Positions 1 through 7,663 of a DNA stretch of 64,000 nt are shown one piece after another (position 1 is the stretch's first letter; every line of letters begins with the position of its first letter). A model generated the notes under the pieces. It did not search any database. It was given only the letters and a program-made list of their open reading frames with translations, and had not been told where the DNA came from. The position numbers and the translations under genes are program-made. The stretch covers positions 32,001 through 96,000 of IMG/VR virus record IMGVR_UViG_3300042892_000474; one strand, written 5' to 3'. The stretch is from a virus.

Positions 1-15
1 TTGTGGACTTGGCAT
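1..15 (-). CDS. 5' end of a gene running off the left edge (MPSPQ...), product not determinable
   Basis: Minus-strand ATG CCA AGT CCA CAA lies 5 nt downstream of a CATAAGTA late-type motif (plus 21-28) and directly after gp46. Only 5 codons are visible. Confidence 0.45.
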
Positions 16-20
16 ATTAT

Positions 21-28
21 TACTTATG
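21..28 (-). promoter_or_regulatory. late-promoter-like motif CATAAGTA
   Basis: Same octamer as at 15190-15197; intergenic; 5 nt before an ATG. Confidence 0.5.
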
Positions 29-50
29 TACTTTACAAGACAGTGAAAAA

Positions 51-2123
51 TTATTCTATGTCTACTGCTGTACTATAGCTAGTAAAGCCGTTTTCTTTAA
101 TTACCTTGAGAACGTTTGGCACACGACCTGCTAGTTCTTCGCGGTGACTAATTAACCAAATAGATTTCTGTCGTCTGCGACTCATATCTTTCAAAATTGC
201 TAAACTGTTTTCAACACCCATTGTGTCAAGTCCACTATCAATCAATTCGTCAATGAACAATGTGTTTATAGGTCCGTACAAACTTTCATACACATCACGG
301 AATGCAAAACTCAAGCCTAAGATTAAACGGTTACGTTCACCTCGACTTAAGTTATCAAAATCAAGATCACGACCCAGTTCAGTTATTTCAACTTGCAAAT
401 CGTTTTTAAATACAACTTGATGTGGCAATCCAATCTTGTCAAGATAATGCGTTAGTCTTGTGTTTAGATAACTCAAGTTTTGGTCAATGATTTTCTTGCG
501 AACAAATGAATCTTTGCTAGTCAACAAGTCAAGCAAGAACTTTTGATGTTCCATTGCTTTTGTCAAATCATTTATACCGTCAAACTTTATTTCTTGTAAA
601 GCCTTGCTTTCCATATCAACCACTTGTTCTTGATACGGATCAGCTTCCTGCGCTTTGATCTCAATTTGTGATAGTAACGATGATACCTTTGCTCTGTGCT
701 CAACTGCTTGGGTTTCGGTATCGTAATAAGTAGATGGCCTTTTGCCAAGATTGACGCTAGGCGTATCAAGAAGTTGTTCACTAAAGGGGTTATTTTCATG
801 CTCTTTTTCTTCTATCTGTTTTTTGATGTTATCAATTTCAGTAGATTGCCGAACTGCCTCAGCTTCAGTTTTATAGTGCGGTGTAGGTTTATTTCCTACA
901 ACTATAGGATTAGCAACAAGTTCATCTAATTGAAACTTCAAATCATCTAAATGACTTTTACTTGTGTTCCATAATTCAATCTTGCTATTCAACACGCTTG
1001 TATGTTGGTCGTCATGAAAATCTTGGCCACACGCATAGCATTTGTGTTCTTTAAGAGTTTCGATTTCTTGTGTTAACTTGTCGTAATTTTTACCTTCTTT
1101 AGTAATGTCCTTACGTAAGCTATCTACTTTATGGTCTTGTGCAGTCTTCAACTGTACTTGCTGATTGTGTAGTGCTAAATCTTTGTGGCTCTGTAACTCA
1201 ATCGTAAAATCGATATGACTCAACACATCCATTTTTAGTTTTAATGCATCAATGTCTTTGTCTTGTTTCTGCATCCACGCAGTTTGTCTAGCAATTAAAG
1301 CGGTGTATGTATCATGCTGTAACTTTTGGCTGTTCCAAATAGCTAAATCTTTGTGTGCTTGCAACTCAGATTCGATATCAATTTTTATTAGGTCATCATA
1401 CTCAACTGCAAGACTAGCCAAATCCTCATCATGCTTTTTAATCCAAAGCATTTGTCTACGTTTCAGTGCATCAATTTGCTCTTTGACTCGCTTGTTGGCT
1501 TCTTCTGTTGCCTTGATTCTAAATTCTTCTTGTTGTATATCATCTTTACTCTTGCGAATCATTTCTTTTACTATATCTGCTTTTTCAGATAGCAACGTAA
1601 TACCTAACAATTGTTCAATGATATCTTTTTGCTCATTGTTTTTCAGTGCAAGAAATGGCTCTGAATAGGTATTTAATACAACAATGTGACGAAACATGTC
1701 AAGAGACATGTTAAGGACTCGTTCAATAAATGCCTGAGTTTCTTTGTTCTCGCCCTGTTGATCTTCTGATGCCTTTTGATGCACGTTGTTGACGTAAAAT
1801 TTTAATACATTAGGCTTGCGACCTCGTTCAATTTTATAATCTGTGCCGTTTACATTGAACTCAAGTGTAACCATCATACCCTTTGTATTGGTACGATTAA
1901 CTAGGTTGTCTTTACGAATATTATTGATAGGTTGACCAAACAGTGCATAACACAGACCTTGAATCAACGTAGTCTTACCAGTGCCGTTGCGAGCACCGTC
2001 ACCACCTAAATCTAAGTTTTCACCTAAGATTAATGTGATTTCTTTTTTGTCAAAGTCAACTGCCTGAGTTACATTACCGATACTTAGAAAGTTACGTAGT
2101 GTGATATTTTTAAGTGTTACCAT
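51..2123 (-). CDS. gp46: recombination endonuclease ATPase subunit (T4 gp46 / Rad50 / SbcC-like)
   Basis: Walker A with insert (GENLDLGGDGARNGTGKTT), coiled coil with central CYAC zinc hook, signature LSRGE, Walker B/D-loop LFIDELIDSGLD, H-loop ISH; coupled to gp47. Confidence 0.95.
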   Translation of the reverse strand: MVTLKNITLRNFLSIGNVTQAVDFDKKEITLILGENLDLGGDGARNGTGKTTLIQGLCYALFGQPINNIRKDNLVNRTNTKGMMVTLEFNVNGTDYKIERGRKPNVLKFYVNNVHQKASEDQQGENKETQAFIERVLNMSLDMFRHIVVLNTYSEPFLALKNNEQKDIIEQLLGITLLSEKADIVKEMIRKSKDDIQQEEFRIKATEEANKRVKEQIDALKRRQMLWIKKHDEDLASLAVEYDDLIKIDIESELQAHKDLAIWNSQKLQHDTYTALIARQTAWMQKQDKDIDALKLKMDVLSHIDFTIELQSHKDLALHNQQVQLKTAQDHKVDSLRKDITKEGKNYDKLTQEIETLKEHKCYACGQDFHDDQHTSVLNSKIELWNTSKSHLDDLKFQLDELVANPIVVGNKPTPHYKTEAEAVRQSTEIDNIKKQIEEKEHENNPFSEQLLDTPSVNLGKRPSTYYDTETQAVEHRAKVSSLLSQIEIKAQEADPYQEQVVDMESKALQEIKFDGINDLTKAMEHQKFLLDLLTSKDSFVRKKIIDQNLSYLNTRLTHYLDKIGLPHQVVFKNDLQVEITELGRDLDFDNLSRGERNRLILGLSFAFRDVYESLYGPINTLFIDELIDSGLDTMGVENSLAILKDMSRRRQKSIWLISHREELAGRVPNVLKVIKENGFTSYSTAVDIE

Positions 2124-3139
2124 TATAGATTGTTATAAATGTCTAGTAGAATTTTCTTGTCGAAATTCTTGCTTTCGATTGCGTTGATTTGGTCAATCAC
2201 AATTTGATCAACTGATTCAAATTTTAATCCGTCAGCACTTTGCCCTTCAACAGGCTGCTCACCTTTAATCGGAATCAATACCATTTCCCGTAGTTTATAT
2301 TCGGGTATGAATGTTTCACGTAAGAAGTTGGCTTCTTCATAGCTGATATCAATGTCTAAATGAACTCTAATATGGCTGTCGATTAACAACATACCCTCTG
2401 GATTCTCTAACACATCACTTAACTTATGAACTCGAAATACTGGTTGTCTTGGCCAGCTACGAAAAGCCGGCTCTTGATCCCATTCAAGTATCATCATGCC
2501 ACGAGCATCATCACCTGCATCAGCATAATTGTGCGGGAATGCATTACCGATATACCAAATGTTCTTACGAGATTGTCGTTTATGAAAATGACCTGAAAAT
2601 ACTTTCTCAAAGCCAGTCATATGGTCTTCATTGATTTCTCCGTGATCGGGCATTTCTACCATTGCATTCATATAGAAACGAGGCAATTCAAGATGACCAA
2701 ACAAATACTTACCCTTCATTTTTTGTAGCTTTTTGAAATCTTCACCAACTAGCCACGGTGCGATAACTACGTTACCTTCTTGAAAGAAGTCGTTGATGAT
2801 TTTGACATTTGGTAAATGTTTAGCCCACTCAACACTATGGATGTCTCTGCGGTCACGATAAAAAAGATCGTGGTTACCTGGGATGAAATACACAGCGTCA
2901 AAGTTAGCATTTAATTTTTCTAATGCTTGTAACCCAAACTGTAATGTTTGAATATTAATACTAGCTCTATGGTGATTGTAATCGCCCAAGAAGAAGCATG
3001 TTTCGCATCCTTCTTTCTTTGCAGTGGCAATAAACCAATCTACAAAATTAGCACAGTCTTGATTATGTTGTAAGCTGTTTGACTTCAATCCAAAGTGGAT
3101 ATCAGTAAACACAGCGGCTTTTTTGAAAAGGTTACTCAT
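2123..3139 (-). CDS. gp47: recombination endonuclease nuclease subunit (T4 gp47 / Mre11 / SbcD-like metallophosphoesterase)
   Basis: Motifs DIHFG, LGDY, GNHD, GHLE, SGHFH. Start placed at the ATG of MSNLFKK (3139) rather than the ORF-track 3187. Confidence 0.95.
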   Translation of the reverse strand: MSNLFKKAAVFTDIHFGLKSNSLQHNQDCANFVDWFIATAKKEGCETCFFLGDYNHHRASINIQTLQFGLQALEKLNANFDAVYFIPGNHDLFYRDRRDIHSVEWAKHLPNVKIINDFFQEGNVVIAPWLVGEDFKKLQKMKGKYLFGHLELPRFYMNAMVEMPDHGEINEDHMTGFEKVFSGHFHKRQSRKNIWYIGNAFPHNYADAGDDARGMMILEWDQEPAFRSWPRQPVFRVHKLSDVLENPEGMLLIDSHIRVHLDIDISYEEANFLRETFIPEYKLREMVLIPIKGEQPVEGQSADGLKFESVDQIVIDQINAIESKNFDKKILLDIYNNL

Positions 3140-3145
3140 TTGTAT

Positions 3146-3174
3146 ATTATATAAAAATAGAGTTGCATATGCAA
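3146..3174 (-). promoter_or_regulatory. sigma70-type promoter for gp47-gp46, probably leaderless
   Basis: Minus strand TTGCAT-N17-TATAAT, then 6 nt to the gp47 ATG; no Shine-Dalgarno. Confidence 0.7.
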
Positions 3175-3181
3175 CTCTATT
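3153..3181 (-). terminator. intrinsic terminator-like hairpin after gp55 (26-bp perfect palindrome)
   Basis: AATAGAGTTGCATATGCAACTCTATT (3156-3181) is its own reverse complement; on the minus strand it ends in a T5 tract; it lies just after the gp55 stop. Confidence 0.6.
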
Positions 3182-3187
3182 GGACAA

Positions 3188-4099
3188 TCATTCTTCAAAA
3201 GACGGTGCACCTGCACCTGAACCTTGACGAGACCAACTTGGATTCAAACCGTTTATTTCTAAAATGTCATCTCGAATATTTTGATTTCGTTTTTCAGTAT
3301 TCAGTACACGACAGAAGCTATTGGTGATAGCAGCCGTGTAGTAAGCAAATGGGTTTGCCGATTTGGCTTCGTTAAAGCGTAATCCAACGTAGGTCAGTTG
3401 AAGAATAGCACTATTACGCATTTCATCATTGTATGTGTATCCTCGCCAATTATACTTCATTGCGTATTTTTCGCACATCATAATGTACATTCGAGCTAGC
3501 TTATTAGTTATTTGACCATGGTCTTTGCTAAAACTTCCACTAACCAAATCACCTGTCCAATGGCTTTTTCCAATACAATAAAAACTATTGTTTTCGTCTA
3601 TCTTATAATGTTGGAACGGTGGGAAATTTACCTTAAGATGAACCATGTCATCCACTTCAGCTTTAGTGGTAATGTCTTCTAAATCTGCAAAAATTTCATC
3701 TTGTTCGTTATCAAACTCAAAAATATCTTTTGCTGTTTTCTTTTTTACTGTTTTTCTAGGTTGTTTTTGAGCTACCGGAACGTGCTCCCAAGTCATTACT
3801 CTAAAGACTAAATCAGTGACGGGTATAGATAAAGGATCAATAGTTCCTTTTGCTAGGCCCTGTTCTATATCCATTCTAATTGCTCTAGTCTCACGTGCTT
3901 GCTGAACCGCTTCGGTTGAAAATGCATGTTCTAGTGATTTTTCTAAAGATTCTTGTGGCATATCTACAATATAGTCATATTGATGATATTCGGGTTTAGC
4001 AAAGTAGCAATACGTTGTTTTGCTCTCATGGATCTCTTTGAGAATGTCTTTGTTGTTTAAGTAATTGACAGGTTTTCTTGGTGTTGGTAATAGGCTCAT
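3188..4099 (-). CDS. gp55: late-transcription sigma factor (T4 gp55-like) with a long central insertion
   Basis: N-terminal NYLNNKDILKEI; C-terminal YTYNDEM...FNEAKSANPFAYYT...F.R.L..EK; gp55-gp47-gp46 order as in T4-like phages. Start at ATG 4099 with GGAG upstream (ORF track 4219). Confidence 0.85.
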   Translation of the reverse strand: MSLLPTPRKPVNYLNNKDILKEIHESKTTYCYFAKPEYHQYDYIVDMPQESLEKSLEHAFSTEAVQQARETRAIRMDIEQGLAKGTIDPLSIPVTDLVFRVMTWEHVPVAQKQPRKTVKKKTAKDIFEFDNEQDEIFADLEDITTKAEVDDMVHLKVNFPPFQHYKIDENNSFYCIGKSHWTGDLVSGSFSKDHGQITNKLARMYIMMCEKYAMKYNWRGYTYNDEMRNSAILQLTYVGLRFNEAKSANPFAYYTAAITNSFCRVLNTEKRNQNIRDDILEINGLNPSWSRQGSGAGAPSFEE

Positions 4100-4124
4100 A
4101 TGGCTCCGTAGTTTTGTTGAGATA

Positions 4125-4153
4125 AGTGTAACACTTTCTTTGCAAAAAAGCAA
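4125..4153 (-). promoter_or_regulatory. sigma70-type promoter for gp55
   Basis: Minus strand TTGCTT-N17-TACACT with an extended -10 TGn, upstream of the GGAG RBS and ATG 4099. Confidence 0.6.
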
Positions 4154-4186
4154 TAGAAAGATAAAGGAAAAGGTAAAAAATGCATT

Positions 4187-4205
4187 ATATTTATCAGATA
4201 AATAT
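4187..4205. promoter_or_regulatory. back-to-back late-promoter motifs (GATAAATA on both strands)
   Basis: ATATTTATC-A-GATAAATAT inverted repeat at the divergence point; T4 late promoter is TATAAATA. Confidence 0.65.
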
Positions 4206-4224
4206 CTATAAGGACACAACTATT

Positions 4225-5085
4225 ATGGCACGAGGACTTCAAGGAGCAATAAGTCAAACAAGACAGCAAGCAACGGCACAGGACCAGTACAATTACGCGG
4301 CATTGAGCGATTGGAGAGTGTGCTTGAGTCTTGCCCCGGGCAGTTCCGGGTATATGTACAAATCGGAAAATCCGGGTATTATGGCACCGTTGGCACAGAC
4401 CGACGGGGTAATATTTCCCTACACCCCTCAAATTTCAGTACAGTATGCGGCAACATATGACACAAGTGAAGTGGCACATAGTAATTACAAAATATTTCAA
4501 TATAAAAACAGTAGTGTAGATTCGATATCAATAACCGGCGACTTTACTGCACAAGACACTTATGAAGCTAATTATATGTTGGCAGTCATACACTTTTTCA
4601 AGTCGATGACAAAAATGTTTTACGGAAATGACCAAGATCCAGTCAATGGAACACCGCCCCCGTTGTGTTATATTTACGGTTTGGGGGAATTTCAATTCAA
4701 TAGACACCCTATTGCTATTACTGGTTTTAACTATAGTTTACCAAATGATGTAGATTATATTAGAGCAAGCGTAACTTCCAATTTCAACGATTCTGCGGCA
4801 AATGCTAGATTTTCGGACAATGCTACAAATTTAAGAACTGCAAGTTCAGGTATTAGTCAAGGCGGATTGCCCATGCCACCTCAATGGTCTTTATTGAAGG
4901 GTAACGGATATGCTCCTGGTACAGTCGAACCCACATATGTTCCTACAAGATTACAAATTCAGATCAATGCTATACCAATAGTAAGTAGACGAGATATAAG
5001 TCAAAACTTCAGCTTGCGTGATTATGCTTCAGGTGAGTTATTGAAGGGGTCGCAACGAAAAGAGCAAGGTGGAGGTATCTGGTAA
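4225..5085 (+). CDS. putative baseplate tail-tube cap/initiator (gp48/gp54-like)
   Basis: First gene of the baseplate operon, before gp53; FPYTP...ITGDFTA...PPP pattern of tube-fold baseplate proteins. Start 4225 with AAGGA (ORF track 4180). Confidence 0.5.
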   Translation: MARGLQGAISQTRQQATAQDQYNYAALSDWRVCLSLAPGSSGYMYKSENPGIMAPLAQTDGVIFPYTPQISVQYAATYDTSEVAHSNYKIFQYKNSSVDSISITGDFTAQDTYEANYMLAVIHFFKSMTKMFYGNDQDPVNGTPPPLCYIYGLGEFQFNRHPIAITGFNYSLPNDVDYIRASVTSNFNDSAANARFSDNATNLRTASSGISQGGLPMPPQWSLLKGNGYAPGTVEPTYVPTRLQIQINAIPIVSRRDISQNFSLRDYASGELLKGSQRKEQGGGIW

Positions 5086-5399
5086 TGGCATCAATTAACA
5101 ATGTGTATCCAGCAACAAGTCCGTATTCAAATACGGATGTAGTAAATAAGAAATTCTTAGATGTTATGATTAACAAGCCTATTCCTGCATTGGGTTCCGA
5201 TGTATATTGGGCTATAACACCGGTGTACGAGTTTAGACCTGATATCTTAGCATACGATCTTTACAGCGATTCTAGACTATGGTGGGTCTTTGCACAGCGA
5301 AACCCAAATAGATTGAAGGATCCTTACTTTGATTTCATAACTGGTACTGAGATTTATCTTCCTAAAATGGACACACTTAAAAGAGCATTGGGTATATAA
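5085..5399 (+). CDS. gp53: baseplate wedge protein, LysM-like (T4 gp53-like)
   Basis: RPDILAYDLYSDSRLWWVFAQRN...GTEIYLP motif; position in operon. Confidence 0.8.
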   Translation: MASINNVYPATSPYSNTDVVNKKFLDVMINKPIPALGSDVYWAITPVYEFRPDILAYDLYSDSRLWWVFAQRNPNRLKDPYFDFITGTEIYLPKMDTLKRALGI

Positions 5400-5401
5400 T
5401 A

Positions 5402-7663
5402 ATGGCAGTAGTTTATGATGAACTAGGTAATGTAATTGGCGATTACAATGATCCTCCTCCGGATGAAACCCCAGGATCAGGCACAACTCAAGCCGGATCT
5501 CCTGGCGTATCTGAAAATTCAGGCGTAGGTTCTCGCAGATTTAATCCATTGAGCACGTACTCAAGTTATACTTACCAGCTATCATTGTATATGATTACAC
5601 CTGACGCACTAGACGAGTTTAATCGTTCGGGCAGAAAAGACATATTCATGGTTAATGGCGCTAGAGAATCCGATGGAAATGAATCCGGTGCATATTTGAT
5701 AGCCCAGAGTGGGGGTATCAATAATCCTGCAACTAGAGCACCGGGGTTTGAGTATGACTATTATATTGATAACTTAAAAATCGTGTCAGCCGTTACTGGT
5801 AATAGTACAGCATCACCTACAACTAATGTAGGTTTTGACTTTACTATCACAGAAGCATATGGTCTGTCGTTTATCACTAACTTAAAAAGAGCTAAAGAAG
5901 CGTTGGAAAGATATTCGACAACTATCAATTATAAAAATAGCACTAATGCGAGCCGACAATTTTTCATATTAGGATTAAAGTTTCTAGGATATGATGCTGC
6001 TGGCCAACTAATAACTAAATCAAATCTAGTCAATGAGACAGATCCTACTTTTCAACGATTTTACGACATTAACATTACTGAAATTGGATTCAAGATTGAT
6101 GGTAAAACAACAACATACAATATCAAGGCAGCATCTCTTCCAATAGCTAGTGCATTAGGTCAAAAAAGAGGTGTTATTGATAAAGGTGCTACTCAATTAG
6201 TGGGAAATAATGTACAGCAGATTCTTAACCAGTTGATGGGAAAGATGACAAAGGATCAAGAAGACGATGTAAAAGCTAAAAAACGAGAATTTGGTAACAC
6301 TTACAGTATACGATTCATAGATGATGCAGATAGTATTGCACAATCTTCTATCGTTAGTTTAGCTGATACAAGTAAAATAAAATGGCCAATGGCTAACCCA
6401 ACTGACAAGAAAACTGTTAATGATAGTTTGTCAATAAAAGCACAACCCAATAGCAATGAAAGAACAGTTGCATTTAACCGAGACACCCCAATTTTACAGG
6501 CTATCACTAGTGTGATAACACAAAGTGAGTATTTGGTCAATGGTTTAAAATCAGTATACACCACTGCCGAACAACCCAATGCAGAAACAAATAGTCAGTC
6601 AGCAGAAAAAATTGACAGTAATAAAAGATTAAAGTGGTTCAACATAGCACCAGTAATTTCAGGAACTAAATTTGATACCATAATTAAAGATTGGGTGTTT
6701 GATATTGAATATCAGGTTAGAACTTATGAGATCCCAGTGTTAATGTCTGCGTATGCTGATAAGACTACTCCTTATTACGGGGCGGTAAAGAGATATGAAT
6801 ACTGGTGGACTGGTCAAAACTCTGAAGTTATTAAATACGAACAAACAATGAATAACGCATACTTTAATGTGTCATTGGGCGGCGGTGATGCGTCAAGTAC
6901 CGCTACCGGTGGGAATGCACAGGTTCCTTTAGTAACGAGTAAAGTTCAACCAGCCGACAAATTAGGTAAATTGGGTGTAGGTAAAGAAGCACAAAATAGT
7001 GTAACCACTGACCTAATGACACCAGGTGATTGGGCTAACGCAAAAATTGAAATTTTAGGCGATCCTGATTATCTTTCTAATGAAACAGCTAACATAAATG
7101 ATGATGCAAAATCATTTTACGGACCTGATGGATTCACTATTGATTTTAAAGCCGGACAAGTTTTTATTGAAATTAAGTTTCTAGAAGCAGTTGATTATGA
7201 ACATGATACCGGATTGATGAAAATAAACACAGATATATTGTTTTTTGACTATCCTGTTTCTATTGCTAAAAAATTAGACGGGGCAATAAGCTATCTAGTT
7301 ACTAGAATAACACATCATTTCAGAAGTGGTAAGTTTACACAGGAACTAGAATGTAAAATAAACACTTTTGCCGATGTAAAAGGCACGACTATATTACAAG
7401 AACGAGAACAAAACAGAGCATCCGCAGAAGCGGCCGCGAATAACTCTAGAGAAACAGAAAATATAGCATCTAGATATCCACCTCCTGCAGGATTCAAAGC
7501 TGATCCTCCTCCATCTACTGGTACTACAGGTGGAAATCAATCAGTGGGATCATCAACACCTGCAACTACACAAGATACTACCGCTAAAGGCGTAGCAAAT
7601 GATGATGCAGCCATTGAGGCTGCATGGCAACAAGACTACTTAGGTGGAGGCAGAGGAGCATAA
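5402..7663 (+). CDS. putative baseplate hub protein (gp27/GPD-like)
   Basis: Lies between gp53 and the spike; C-terminal AKIEILGDP...YLVTRITHHFRSGKFTQEL hub pattern. Confidence 0.6.
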   Translation: MAVVYDELGNVIGDYNDPPPDETPGSGTTQAGSPGVSENSGVGSRRFNPLSTYSSYTYQLSLYMITPDALDEFNRSGRKDIFMVNGARESDGNESGAYLIAQSGGINNPATRAPGFEYDYYIDNLKIVSAVTGNSTASPTTNVGFDFTITEAYGLSFITNLKRAKEALERYSTTINYKNSTNASRQFFILGLKFLGYDAAGQLITKSNLVNETDPTFQRFYDINITEIGFKIDGKTTTYNIKAASLPIASALGQKRGVIDKGATQLVGNNVQQILNQLMGKMTKDQEDDVKAKKREFGNTYSIRFIDDADSIAQSSIVSLADTSKIKWPMANPTDKKTVNDSLSIKAQPNSNERTVAFNRDTPILQAITSVITQSEYLVNGLKSVYTTAEQPNAETNSQSAEKIDSNKRLKWFNIAPVISGTKFDTIIKDWVFDIEYQVRTYEIPVLMSAYADKTTPYYGAVKRYEYWWTGQNSEVIKYEQTMNNAYFNVSLGGGDASSTATGGNAQVPLVTSKVQPADKLGKLGVGKEAQNSVTTDLMTPGDWANAKIEILGDPDYLSNETANINDDAKSFYGPDGFTIDFKAGQVFIEIKFLEAVDYEHDTGLMKINTDILFFDYPVSIAKKLDGAISYLVTRITHHFRSGKFTQELECKINTFADVKGTTILQEREQNRASAEAAANNSRETENIASRYPPPAGFKADPPPSTGTTGGNQSVGSSTPATTQDTTAKGVANDDAAIEAAWQQDYLGGGRGA

